This document shows positions 50,820 through 62,000 of a stretch of 64,000 nucleotides of DNA, piece by piece (the first letter of the stretch is position 1; each line of letters begins with the position of its first letter). The position numbers and the translations under genes are program-made. Under the pieces are notes generated by a model, which saw only the letters and a list, made by a program, of their open reading frames with translations, was not told where the DNA came from and did no database searches. This DNA comes from Sphingomonadales bacterium (GTDB lineage: Bacteria > Pseudomonadota > Alphaproteobacteria > Sphingomonadales > Sphingomonadaceae): NCBI GenBank assembly GCA_034668585.1, contig JAXDPB010000007.1:19051-83050 (forward strand), in the 5' to 3' direction.

Positions 50820-52914
50820 CCAGGGCTTCGACCCCGGCACCGCGCCGATCGACTCGCCGACCTACACGCAGATGGCCGGCTGGGCAGGCGTGGAAAATCG
50901 CCGGCCCGTGGGTCAGGCCGGACATTGGTCCTGCCTCGTCGATTGCGACGACCAGAAGCGGACCGTGACCCTGAAGACGACGATCCTGCTGTTCATGGCC
51001 GAAATCGTGAAACCTATGACTCCCCAGCAGATGGAGATGTACGCGGCATACGTAAAGTATATTATCGAGTCCGTCTGGAGCACCAGCACTAACTTGGGAA
51101 TGACCAAGGGCTGGAACGTAACCTGTAAGGTCGATGCAAAAGTCGTAACGGTAAACGAGGGCACTCTTAACGATGGGGAGCTGTTCATCTCGGTGAAGCG
51201 AGGATCCGGCCGTTCTTTCATAGTTTCCGATCGCAGGGCGGGAGTCTTCTTCATAGACGCGTGGGCGTGGGTCGAGCTGAAGGCGGCACTGCGTGAAAAA
51301 GCCAAGATTAAACCGTCGAAAACGGACATAACAAAATGCTTTCGTGACTCCGGATACACACCCGCTCATGAATTCGGGCATGCTATCGGCTTGGCCGACC
51401 GCTACGCATATATCTGTTATTACCTTCCAAAGGAGAGCTCAGCACCCGCTGAGGTGATCGTCGATCGCGCCCACACCGTCGCAATATTCCTCCACCGCAG
51501 CTATGATTACGAATACGGACATAAGTTCAATTGGTTATTCAATCTTATGGCGATCCAGAATGACGCGTTTCCTGGATCATCCACTGCTCAATTCCAGTGG
51601 GATGGCTTCGATCCGACACGATCCAAATCCGTCAGAGTGCATAATACGTTATTTTATCAAGAGGTGTTCACGGCGCAGACCGCGCCATCTGGCCCAATAA
51701 ACGTTTCAATTACTGAAAAGCAGATCGATATTGTCGGCCACAAGACGGTGGAGGATCAGCTTCTAGGTTGTCCTCCTGCCGCTATTACTTATTTTAAGTC
51801 AATTGATCGTGATTTTTACAAACTTCACAAAGAAAACATAAGCAAGGGATTACCTAGCACTTACGATGAATCTTACGTGTTTCGCGGGACATTTGTCGGG
51901 CTCCCGAATTCTTCTGTGGCCGGTGGACCCGTCCTGCACGACGACGGCTATGACAGCAGCCGAAATACCGGGCTGTCGAACAACAGCCCCTTGTCGAGCA
52001 AGGCTTGGTTCGATGGGGAGATGACCGCGCGTTGCCGGCAGATTCCGCCGGGTTGGTCCGGAAGCCTGGTCCAGGCGGAAGCGCTCAATCGGTCCGGTGG
52101 CCTGCTCGATGCCGCCCTTGAGCTTGGGGGCATGAGCCATCGCTTCGCCGAGCAGACGGAGGTTGACGGAATCAGCGTGCCGAGAAAGTTGGCCGATCTG
52201 CTCGACATAGAAAATCTGGATCGTCGAATATCGATCCGTCGCTTCGTCAGGGAATATATACAAAGCAGGGTGAATGCCGCTGGCGATTTCAATCTGGTGC
52301 TCCCGCCTGTCGGCCCGCTTCGGTCGCTCAACCTTAAGTGTATGCGTGAGATTAAAGCGGCCGATGGCAATTTCTTTCCAACTGACCTGTTTTCGGCCGA
52401 GGGCGACCTTTATCAAGCGCAGTCGCCGGCAACCGCCTGGTTATTCCTTCCATTCGATTATGATGCCGATTCGTTCCGTCCGGGCCGGATCTGGTTCCGT
52501 GCCGATCCGGGCGACCAGACCGGCCCCGGAGTGACGATCGATGTTCAAGACAATCACAAAATCTCAGTCGGATCTTCGGGCCCCGGCATCGTTTACGGAA
52601 CGGGTTCCTCAGCTTCCGAAGTTGCCGAGATCTGGAATGCCGGCTTCAGTCCGGTCGAACGCTGGACGTTTAACGCGGCCGAGTACATGCCGTACAGCGC
52701 CGTTGCGTACAAAAACAGAACCAGACTCATCACATTGGCGGCTCATGGAGTATTGAAGGGCGGCAATACCGACGGCTTGGACCCGTCGAAGTTCACTCTC
52801 GAGAGATGCTTCGAGATGGTCGTCATGACCTACTCCGGCATGGCGGGCGTGGGCGGGCCGGGCAATTCGAACCCGTTCGGAAGCTATCTCGCGCTCCGCT
52901 ACAAGCGGACCTGA
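50803..52914 (+). CDS. Putative zinc metallopeptidase (HExxHxxGxxD), 703 aa
   Basis: YTPAHEFGHAIGLADRY; overlaps previous gene by 17 bp; visibly more AT-rich than flanking genes. Confidence 0.7.
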   Translation: MLLYTSQGFDPGTAPIDSPTYTQMAGWAGVENRRPVGQAGHWSCLVDCDDQKRTVTLKTTILLFMAEIVKPMTPQQMEMYAAYVKYIIESVWSTSTNLGMTKGWNVTCKVDAKVVTVNEGTLNDGELFISVKRGSGRSFIVSDRRAGVFFIDAWAWVELKAALREKAKIKPSKTDITKCFRDSGYTPAHEFGHAIGLADRYAYICYYLPKESSAPAEVIVDRAHTVAIFLHRSYDYEYGHKFNWLFNLMAIQNDAFPGSSTAQFQWDGFDPTRSKSVRVHNTLFYQEVFTAQTAPSGPINVSITEKQIDIVGHKTVEDQLLGCPPAAITYFKSIDRDFYKLHKENISKGLPSTYDESYVFRGTFVGLPNSSVAGGPVLHDDGYDSSRNTGLSNNSPLSSKAWFDGEMTARCRQIPPGWSGSLVQAEALNRSGGLLDAALELGGMSHRFAEQTEVDGISVPRKLADLLDIENLDRRISIRRFVREYIQSRVNAAGDFNLVLPPVGPLRSLNLKCMREIKAADGNFFPTDLFSAEGDLYQAQSPATAWLFLPFDYDADSFRPGRIWFRADPGDQTGPGVTIDVQDNHKISVGSSGPGIVYGTGSSASEVAEIWNAGFSPVERWTFNAAEYMPYSAVAYKNRTRLITLAAHGVLKGGNTDGLDPSKFTLERCFEMVVMTYSGMAGVGGPGNSNPFGSYLALRYKRT

Positions 52915-52939
52915 GCAATGGCCTGCCCGCGAGCCCCCG

Positions 52940-55900
52940 ATGAGTGACCCCCGCGCCCGCGGCCGAGTCTCGGACCTTGTCGATTTGTCGGCCCTGCCGG
53001 TGCCGCTCGAAGGTGCAGGCGAGAGCCTGACGGAGCTGCTCGGGCGGGTCGGCTACAGCGAGTTCATCGCCGAGGTCTCGCCGGATGGGGACCGGGCCTA
53101 TTATGGCCTTACCCTCGCTACAAAGGAGCTTGCGCTCGATGTCGCAGGCACCGGCCTAAAGCTCATCTTCTTCCCTTCCGCCGACCCGCAGCAGGCGGAA
53201 TCCCACATTCCGCTCGGCATGGAATATCAGTGGCCGATTCTCAAATATGTGGCGGCGTTCGAGCGGCTCTCATTCTCGAATGGGCCGCGCGCCTTCTTCG
53301 ACCTGCTGCTCGACATAGCAGGCCTCACCGAACAGGAGCTGATCGCCGGCATAGTGAGTGTATTCATCGACGATCCGGCGCCTTATCAGGTGCTTGTCGA
53401 CAAGCTCGCCGACTGGAGCTCGGGCGGAAGCAATCCGTTCGCCGGCCTTTCACTTGCCAGCCTCGCTCCGGGCCAGGACGAAAGCGAGCATCTCTCGGAA
53501 CAGGCGCTGGCGCTCGGCGGCGACCTGATCAGCGCCCTGTTCGAGGCGATCATCGACAGCGGGGCCTCGCCCGACGACATTATTGACGACGTGATCACGC
53601 TCTTCCGCGGCTGGCTGGGCGACATCGACCGGGCGGCGATCGAACGGCTGCTCGTCCCCCAGTTCAGCGTCGCTCTGCAGAACGTCAGCATGGCGCTGGA
53701 GGCGCCGCGGAGCGTGCTGCTGCCGCTGGACGAGGACGGGGAGGAGATTGCCGACTCGAAAGTACATTCGCGAGTCACCTTCACCGCCGGAGGAATCAGC
53801 TACGACAGCGAGACCGGGTTCGACATCGCCGTCGACGACAGCCTCGGAATCGCCTTCACGCGGTCGAAGATCCCGGGCTTCGGGCTCACCCTCGATTTCC
53901 AGGACATCAAGGTCGACCTCAGCGCGAAGACCAACATCGCCGAGGCGGATGCGGAAGGGCGGCCGGCCGACTTCAAAGGCGTCTATATCGGCCACGCCAT
54001 CATCGGCCTTCCGAAGCAATGGTTCTCGAGCGCCACCGGCGCCGGCGCCACGATCGGCATCGTCGGCCGCAAGCTGCTGATCGGAACCGGCGGCTTTTCC
54101 GGCACGATCGGGCTCGAGGCGCTCGGCCTCGACGGCAAGCCGCTCATCGACAAGCCCGACACGGGCCCGCCGGGCGCGATGGAATTCGTGCTCGGCAAGA
54201 AGCCGCCGGACGGCGGCCCCCGCCAGGGCTTCAAGGTCGGCTTCACCGCCTTCGACATGAAGTTCCGCCAGAACGTCCTGCTCGAGAGCCGGATCGCCGG
54301 CAAGCTGACCATCCCCAAACTCCAGGCGCAGCCTATCGGGGTGGAATTGTTCATCGCTGCCGACGGCGACTTCAGGCTGACTGCAAGCTCGTCGCCGCCG
54401 GTCGATATCAAGGTACCAAACGTCTTCATCTTCAGGTGCAGCAAGGTGGCGGTCGGCAAGGACGGCGACCGGATCTATCTCGAGACCAGCGGCGACCTCA
54501 GCTTCGAGAATAACAGCCTGATCGGCAGCCTGCTCAAGACCCCGATCCACATCGACAAGTTCCTGATCAACTCGGACGGAAGCTTCGAGCTCGAGGGCGG
54601 CTCGATCCCCCTCCCCTCGAGCGCGACGATCAAGGTCGGGCCGGCCAAGATCGCGATCACCGCCCTCCATTTCGGAGCCCACGAGCAGGTCCACCAGGGC
54701 GAGCTTCGCAAATATCGCTACTGGGGCTTCGACGGCGGAGTCAGCGTCAATCCCGGCGGAGTCGACTGCCGCGGCGACGGCATCAAATTCTACTTCACCG
54801 TCGACGACAAGCCGCTCCACTGCTTCCTCAGGATCGAGGGGATCGGAATCGACCTCGTCATCCCGGGGACGGCGTCGAAGGACCAGGCGGTCCTCATCCT
54901 CAAGGGCTATCTGTCGCTCAAGAATCCCGAATATCTCGGCTCGATCTCCTTCTCGCTGCCCAAGGTGAAGATCGCCGGCGGCGGCACGATGAAATACAAT
55001 ACGTCCTATCCGGCCTGGGCGGTCGACGTCTGGCTGGAGCTGCCGATGCCGATCCTGGTCGGCTCGACCGGGCTCGGCATATACGGCTTCAGGGGCCTGT
55101 TCGGCCTGCGCTACATCGCCTCGAAGGCCGCCATCAACCCGCCGCTGGCCGCCGATGCGAGCTGGGGTGATTATTACCGGGCGCCGCAGCCGAAGAAGGG
55201 GCTGTGGGTCGACAAGCTGATGACCCCCGTGGACACGGGCGGCGCCAAGAACCCCTTCTCCGTCGGCGCCGGAGTCAGCCTCGCCACCGCCCAGGACAAG
55301 GGCAAGGCCTTCTCGTCGCAGCTCTTCCTGCTCGTCTCCCTCCCCAACCTGATCATGCTGGAGGGCCGCGCCGACATTCTCGCCAAGCAGCGCGTCGGGC
55401 TGACCGACGGCGAACCGCCTTATTACGCCTATCTTGCGCTGTCGCCGGAAAGCATCGAGCTCGGCGCCGGGGTCAATTACCTGATACCGAAGGAGACCGG
55501 GGAGACGCTCAACCTCACCGCCGTGTTCGAGGCCGCCTATTTCTGGCGCAATTCCTCGGCCTGGTACGTCCATTTCGGAACCAAGGCCAAGCCGATGACG
55601 GCGCGCATCCTCGATATGCTCGACGGCTACGCCTATCTGATGCTGTCGGCGAGCGGCATCGAGGCGGGCGCCGGAGTCCATTTCGAGTTCAGCAAATCCT
55701 ACGGGCCGGTGTCGGTCGACGCCTACGCCTATCTCGACACCTGGGCCTATCTCAGCTTCGAGCGTTCGCAGGCCGGCGGCGGCATCGCGCTCGGCGGGCA
55801 TGTCGACGTCACCTTCATGAAGGTCGGCTTCTACATCTCGCTCGACGCCGGGCTGACCGTCGAGGCGCCGACGCCCTATCGCGTCGCCGGCTATGTCGAG

Positions 55901-58900
55901 ATCTGCGTGACCGTGAATCTGAAGATCAAAAGCTTCAGCAAATGCGTCGACCTCAATTTCGAATGGCAGCGCAGCAACCAGGTCGACATGAGCCCGGTCG
56001 CCGCCCTGATCGCACCGCCGGCCGCGCCGGCGCCGCCGCCGGCGGTGGCAGTGCACATGATGTCGGGGGCGACCTATCCGGTCGAATTCTCGACCCATCC
56101 GGCGATGGTGCCGACGGCCGACAATGACTGGGCGATCCCGCTCGACGCCTATATCGACGTCAAGCTCGGCAAGCGGGTCGACCCTCTCCACGCCACGGGC
56201 GCCAGGATCGGCGGCGCCACCACGCCGCCCGCCGGCCAGGTCGAAACGCTGCCGCCTCGCTACGGTTCGCGCATCGTCGAGCATGCCTACTCGCTCGAAA
56301 GGGTGGCGCTCGAGGTGCTCGGCCCCGACGGCTGGCGCGATTACCGGCCTTATGAAGCGATCGCCGGCGAGGGCTTCGTCACCGCGGTCGGCGGCCAGGA
56401 CATCGCGGCGATGCCGGTCGGCCTGTGGCAGAAACAGGAAGAGGGATACGGTCAGATCCGCTTCCTGGCGCTGACCCCGTTCAGCTTCGTCGGCCCGACC
56501 CCCGACCACCGGCCGGAGGAGACCGGGGTCACCGCTGCCTCGCTCTACTGCGTCGCGCCCGAGCGTCCCGAACAATGCCTGGTCTGGCGAGAGCCGCGAG
56601 ACCTGGCCTCGGGCGCCGACCATTTTCGCGACGGGATCCTCTATCGGGTGGACGGCGCGGCGACCGCATCGATCCCGCGCCCGGGCGCCCCGTCGCCCGG
56701 AGCCGCCGCGACGGCCGGGCCGCCGCCCCCCTCCTGCCAACTGGCGATCGGCGAAGGCGGCCGAGCCACCTTCCTGCTTCCCGGGTCCGTCGTTTCCTGC
56801 CGGGTCCACGCGACCAGCCGAGCGCCGCGGATCGTGCTGCGCTTCCAGCGGCTGAAATCGTCCGGGCCGGTGCCGGGACCCGATGGGCTCGTCTGGCCGC
56901 CTTCGCCGCCCGAATATGAGGACGTTCGGACCGAAACCGTCGCCCGCGCGGATCTTGCCAGGCCGATCGTCTACGACGATCCGGCGGCGCCGATCAGGCG
57001 CATCGTCATCGAGACCCCGGTACCCGACCGCCGGGCGATCGGCGCCCTCGAGGAGGAGATCGCGCTCCGCCAGGACGAATGGTATCGCGCCGACGAGCGC
57101 GCGCGGCCGAAGCTCCGCGCCGAGATGGACAGGCTCGCGGCCAGGCTCCGCGAGGAGCACGCCAGGACGTGCGTGGACGGTGGCGGAGGCGGCGGCGCCG
57201 ACCCCGGCGAAACGGGCGCGATCGAAGCGCTCGAGGAACTGCTCGCCGCCTTGCTCGCCGAGATCGAGACGCTGGCCGCGGCCTACAATTCGGGCTGCGT
57301 CCCCCGCCCGGCGCCCGATCCCGAATGCGCCCGGCTCGCCGCCGAAATCGCCGCCCTCGAGGCCCGAGTCGAGGCTCTCAAGCGCGCGCTCGCCGAGCTC
57401 CGCCGGAAGCCCGGCGGTCTGAGCGCCGCGCTCGCTCGGGAAATCGCCGCGCTGGAGACGCGCGTCAAGGAGCGCGAGCGCGCCCTGGCGGCGTTCGACG
57501 ATCGGATCGCCGGCCTGCGCGCGGCAATCGCCGCGCTGGAGCAGCGCTCGGAGGTGCTCAGGAGGCACCGCGCGGAGCTGGACAAGCCTGCGGCTCCCGA
57601 GGCCCCGCGCGGCGAGGCCTGGGCCTGCGGCACGTTCGTTCAGGAGATTTGCTGGCTGTCGGAGGAAGACCGGCGATATAATGACAGCCGGCCCGACATC
57701 GCGGCGATCGCGGCGGATTACGAACCGATGCGGCAGGCGGTCGAATGCGCGGTGGCGCCGATCTGGCGCCCGCACCAGACCTACCGAATCACCCTCGCCG
57801 TCCGCGACACGGTAAAGGCCGGCGGCAGCACCGCCCCGGCGGACGGCACCTTCTACGTCCATTTCAGGACGAAGGGACCGATCGGAAGCTTTCGCGACCC
57901 GCCCCAGCCCGTGCCGGGCGAAGTGGAGGATCCGCGTCCCGACAGCCCGGAGCAGTTCCTCAAATATTATATCGACCGGGAACGCTCCTTCCCCGATCCG
58001 GCCGGCGACCTGCTCTATGCCAAGCCTCTCTTCTACCGCGACGTGGTGCTTCACCTGCGCCTCGCCAGGCCCCATGCCTTCCATTTCTTCGCCGACTGGC
58101 CCGATTACGGCCTCGGCCCCTGCCACTACGAGATGGCGATCCGGGTCAAGGATCCGGCCGAGGCGGTGCCGTCCTCGAGCGACCCCGACCATGCGGCGGT
58201 CATCGTCTCGTCGCCCATCCTCGGCGATCAGACGTGGAAGCCGGTCGCGGCTCCGCCCACGCCCGAGCTCACGATGCTCAACAACCTTCACGACCCCCTT
58301 GCCGGCGGCGCCTCGAACGGCACCGCCTGCCTGAACCAGGCGATCAGGGGCCCGGTCAAGCCGGCGGCGCTGGCGATCAGCACCGAGCTCGGCGACCTCA
58401 AGCCGAACAAGCTCTATACGGCCGTCATCCTCAATCGCAGGCTGGACGTCTCGCCGCCCACCGAAGCCGAGGTCCACCGCTACCCGTTCAAGACATCGCG
58501 CTACCCCGATTTCGCCGCCCAGATCGGCAGCTGCGTGCTGGATGCCGAGCCCGACAGCCTCAAGATGGCGGTGTTCGCCGTCGATCACGACCTCGCGGAC
58601 CCGGCGGGAGCCCCGGCGGCCTATGCGAAGGCGCTTCAGATCGTCAAAGGCTCGGCGCCGGCGGATACTGCCTTTCCCGACTATTTCGACCAATTGCTCT
58701 ACGGCCATTTGAAGCTTGCCCCGCTTCCGCCGGCGGCGGACCTCGAATTCAACTTCGTCACCAATGCCCTTGCGGGCGAGACTTACGGGCTGTGGATACG
58801 CGGGCCGGAGGCGCTCAACGACCGGCGCGCGCCGCGGCAGAACCGGGAAGCGGCGCTGACACTCCACCACGCCGGAATGCCGCGCAGCGACGCCCGGGTC

Positions 58901-59059
58901 CTGCTGTCGAAGGACGGCTGCCAGGCCTTCGTCATGATCGAGGGCGGACCGATGCCGACGGACGACCTGTCGGTGGCGTTCGGGTTGCTCGCCCCGGACG
59001 GTCAGAGCGTGGCCGAGACGGTCGTCACCGGCACGCTGACCATGCCCCGGGAGGTGTGA
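52940..59059 (+). CDS. Giant uncharacterised protein (2039 aa): long beta-rich region, coiled coil, C-terminal domain
   Basis: Single ORF with strong high-GC codon bias; long run of Gly/aromatic amphipathic strands (DUF6603-like by recollection); heptad-rich segment at about 57030-57590. Confidence 0.85.
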   Translation: MSDPRARGRVSDLVDLSALPVPLEGAGESLTELLGRVGYSEFIAEVSPDGDRAYYGLTLATKELALDVAGTGLKLIFFPSADPQQAESHIPLGMEYQWPILKYVAAFERLSFSNGPRAFFDLLLDIAGLTEQELIAGIVSVFIDDPAPYQVLVDKLADWSSGGSNPFAGLSLASLAPGQDESEHLSEQALALGGDLISALFEAIIDSGASPDDIIDDVITLFRGWLGDIDRAAIERLLVPQFSVALQNVSMALEAPRSVLLPLDEDGEEIADSKVHSRVTFTAGGISYDSETGFDIAVDDSLGIAFTRSKIPGFGLTLDFQDIKVDLSAKTNIAEADAEGRPADFKGVYIGHAIIGLPKQWFSSATGAGATIGIVGRKLLIGTGGFSGTIGLEALGLDGKPLIDKPDTGPPGAMEFVLGKKPPDGGPRQGFKVGFTAFDMKFRQNVLLESRIAGKLTIPKLQAQPIGVELFIAADGDFRLTASSSPPVDIKVPNVFIFRCSKVAVGKDGDRIYLETSGDLSFENNSLIGSLLKTPIHIDKFLINSDGSFELEGGSIPLPSSATIKVGPAKIAITALHFGAHEQVHQGELRKYRYWGFDGGVSVNPGGVDCRGDGIKFYFTVDDKPLHCFLRIEGIGIDLVIPGTASKDQAVLILKGYLSLKNPEYLGSISFSLPKVKIAGGGTMKYNTSYPAWAVDVWLELPMPILVGSTGLGIYGFRGLFGLRYIASKAAINPPLAADASWGDYYRAPQPKKGLWVDKLMTPVDTGGAKNPFSVGAGVSLATAQDKGKAFSSQLFLLVSLPNLIMLEGRADILAKQRVGLTDGEPPYYAYLALSPESIELGAGVNYLIPKETGETLNLTAVFEAAYFWRNSSAWYVHFGTKAKPMTARILDMLDGYAYLMLSASGIEAGAGVHFEFSKSYGPVSVDAYAYLDTWAYLSFERSQAGGGIALGGHVDVTFMKVGFYISLDAGLTVEAPTPYRVAGYVEICVTVNLKIKSFSKCVDLNFEWQRSNQVDMSPVAALIAPPAAPAPPPAVAVHMMSGATYPVEFSTHPAMVPTADNDWAIPLDAYIDVKLGKRVDPLHATGARIGGATTPPAGQVETLPPRYGSRIVEHAYSLERVALEVLGPDGWRDYRPYEAIAGEGFVTAVGGQDIAAMPVGLWQKQEEGYGQIRFLALTPFSFVGPTPDHRPEETGVTAASLYCVAPERPEQCLVWREPRDLASGADHFRDGILYRVDGAATASIPRPGAPSPGAAATAGPPPPSCQLAIGEGGRATFLLPGSVVSCRVHATSRAPRIVLRFQRLKSSGPVPGPDGLVWPPSPPEYEDVRTETVARADLARPIVYDDPAAPIRRIVIETPVPDRRAIGALEEEIALRQDEWYRADERARPKLRAEMDRLAARLREEHARTCVDGGGGGGADPGETGAIEALEELLAALLAEIETLAAAYNSGCVPRPAPDPECARLAAEIAALEARVEALKRALAELRRKPGGLSAALAREIAALETRVKERERALAAFDDRIAGLRAAIAALEQRSEVLRRHRAELDKPAAPEAPRGEAWACGTFVQEICWLSEEDRRYNDSRPDIAAIAADYEPMRQAVECAVAPIWRPHQTYRITLAVRDTVKAGGSTAPADGTFYVHFRTKGPIGSFRDPPQPVPGEVEDPRPDSPEQFLKYYIDRERSFPDPAGDLLYAKPLFYRDVVLHLRLARPHAFHFFADWPDYGLGPCHYEMAIRVKDPAEAVPSSSDPDHAAVIVSSPILGDQTWKPVAAPPTPELTMLNNLHDPLAGGASNGTACLNQAIRGPVKPAALAISTELGDLKPNKLYTAVILNRRLDVSPPTEAEVHRYPFKTSRYPDFAAQIGSCVLDAEPDSLKMAVFAVDHDLADPAGAPAAYAKALQIVKGSAPADTAFPDYFDQLLYGHLKLAPLPPAADLEFNFVTNALAGETYGLWIRGPEALNDRRAPRQNREAALTLHHAGMPRSDARVLLSKDGCQAFVMIEGGPMPTDDLSVAFGLLAPDGQSVAETVVTGTLTMPREV

Positions 59060-59060
59060 C

Positions 59061-62000
59061 GTGCCCTTCTTCAACAGCTACGCCTTCGACCTGCCGAACC
59101 ACTTCAACCGTGCGCTGCCGGTCATAGGCGGCACGGCCGGGCGCTTCCTGGCGGTCGGTGGCGCGGGCGGCACCGGGACCGCGGCGATGATCGAGGCCGA
59201 CGGCTCCTGCACATGGGCCCGCCGCTACCAGGACCCAACGCCCGACTTCGGCGACGCCGTCTTCAATGTGCTCGACTTCGTCGACGCCGTCCAGGTCGGC
59301 AATGAGGGCTTCCTTCTGCTGTCGGCGGTCGAGGGGAGGACCGAATATGTGCTCGTACGGATCGATGCGGGCGGGGCGGTCTTGTGGTCGCGCGCGATCC
59401 CCGACGTCGGCTTCGGCCCCGGCGCGCGTGTGCTGAGGCCCCGCGACAGCGTGAACGAGTTCCTGGTCGTCGCCTGGCCCCCACCCCTCGCCTCGAACTA
59501 TCGCAAGGTCGCGGCGAAGCTGTTCCGATTGGCGGCGGACGGGTCGGTGCTGCAGGCGGCCGAGCTTGCCGGGAACGGCGGACGGGTGTTCGACGCGGTC
59601 GCGGTCGGCGGCGGCTACATATTGGTCGGCGACCAGGACCCGCGCACGGCCGCCCAGTTCGCCGCCGGCGATCCCGGCCTGAACCTCCTGTGGTCGCCCC
59701 CCTTGATCGTCCAGATCAACCTCGGCCTAACCGCCTGCGAGCGATGGACGCTGCGGCAAATAGATTCAACGACCGGCACTCCGTTCCCGGCCTCGGCGTC
59801 GCTGCGCGCCGTCACCGCCGGAGCGGGCCAGTCGCTGTTCATCGCGGGCGCGATGGCGAACCCTCTCCTTCCCCTCTGGACGGGGGTGATGCGGTTCGAT
59901 GCCGATTGGAAGGCCCCGACGTTTAAGAGCGCGGTGACCTATCAGCCGTTCGGCGGCGGCCACCGTCCGCACCGGATCGGCTGGTCGTGGCCGCGATCGG
60001 GCGGCGACGCCGCCTCCGGCGACCTCGAGCTTTACGTCCTCGATGTCGGGCTGGAGCAGCTGCAGGACACCAGCAGCGTCATCCGGCTGGACAAGAAACT
60101 GGCGGCGCAGGCCCTGTACGGGTTCGGATGGCCGGGGGAGCATCAGGTCGACGATTTGCGGGTGGCAGCGAACGGCGACGTTGGGCTCGCCGCCACGCTT
60201 ACCCATGCCACCGCCATCGGGCTCGAAGGCCCACCCGTCCAGCCGAGTGCCGAGCTTGCAACCTTCATCTCGGTCGACTGGCGGTTCGAGACCTGCAGGT
60301 CGACGCCGCGCGACATTCCGACGACCAGGCCGCTCGGCTTCGACGTCGCGGCCGGTCCGGAGACGCTGGTCAAGATCGCGGCGAGCAGCCGGCCGGCAGC
60401 AATGTCCTCCGGGCCGACGCCCGTCCGTCCCTACTGGTGGTGCGGCAAGCCAGAACCAGAGCCCAGGTTCGAGCTGCAAGAGAATGCGCTGGTGCAATCG
60501 CCCTATCTCATCCTCCAGGCCGCCGGTTCGGAGGGCAGCGACGCGTCGCGCGGCATCTTGCTGCGCTGGCTCCTCGCCGGGACGCTCGGCGACACGCATT
60601 TGCCCAAAGGCTCGCTCGCCGGCACGAGCACGAACTTCAACAAGCCCGACGATTTCGTGCGTCTCTACCGCGCGCCGTGGCCGGCTTCGATGCCGGTGCG
60701 GAGCTTGAGCTTCCTCTCCGACCGGCCGCGCCACGTCGACGACGGCGAGCGGCTGCTCGTGTTCGAGACCGGCAGCGCCAAGCCCGCCGACCTCTTCCAC
60801 GTCCGCTTCCTCGATGCGGCGGCCTATGCGGCGGCCAGGCAGACCAGCGACCCCGCGACCAGCCCGCCCGCCTTCCTCGCCGCTTACGGGGCCCGTCCCG
60901 TCGAGATCGAATTGCGGGGCCGGCTGGCGATCGGCTGCGACCTGGATTTCGCGCCAAATCCGGGCTGCAGCGTGCGAGTGGAGACCCGGTCGGTCGGCGA
61001 GAACCGGCCGCTGGCGCCGAAGCAGACGAGCTCGCGCCGGATCCTCGGCCCGGCCGACGGTCCCACCGCGAGGCTCTACGCCGAGAACATGCGCAGCCTC
61101 AGGGTGCAGTGCGCCGGCACCGGGATCCGAACGGTAGCGTTCCTCTGCTACGAGGACGTGCTGGCGGTGCTGAACCGGGACCAGGCCTGGAGCGAGGTCG
61201 GACGCTTCGCCCTGACCGACGATACCGCCACGGCGCTCGCCCGCCTCGAGGACCCGGCGCGCTTTCAGGTGAACGGGCTGTGGCGCAAGTTCAACGACGG
61301 CGCCTTCGTCAATGTGAAGAATTACCAGGACCGGTGGAGCGATTCCCAGAGCGGCCTCCGCTCGGCGGTGAAGACCTACGTCCAGCTCAGCGAGACCGAC
61401 CCTAATGCCGAGGCGAAGCTGGCGGGCGCGTCGTCGCAGGACGGCGAGATGAAGGTCAGCTATCTCGACCTGCTGCAGCTCGCGGCGACCGATTTCCACG
61501 TCGCCCGAATGCTCGGGCTGGGACATGTCGACTGGGAGGCGGCGCTGCCTGGGGCGCCGCCGCAAACCTGGGTCCACCTCGCCGAATATCTCACCTCGGG
61601 CGACCTCGGCGACGGCGGCGGGCCGAGGCCGGTCCAGCATCTCTATCTGAGCCTGCCGACCAACTCCGGCGAGGCCCGGTTGCCGGTTACGCCGCGGCTC
61701 GACGCCGTGGAGTACGGGCTTACGGTCACGACCGCGTCGGGCGATCCCTACTGGCTGACCGATGCCGGCGGCTACACGCCTGACGGCCTGTCCCGCTTCA
61801 TCCGGCTCTATCCCGACTGCCCGCCCTTGTTCGAGCAGGAGAAGGGGTTCTTCGACCCGCCCAACCTCTTCGACCTGTCGCGTGAGAGCCTGCCCGTCTT
61901 CTACGGAGTCGAGCATCGCCTTCAGGGCGAGCCGGGATGGCGCCGCCCCGAGATCGCCCACGATCCGGTCTATCTCGACACCGCGGCTCCGCCTCGGGCC

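Noticed and set aside
53450-59074. 1874-aa minus-strand ORF (also 59766-62372)
   Set aside because: Mirror of the giant plus-strand genes, whose codon pattern and ribosome site at 59061 support the plus strand.
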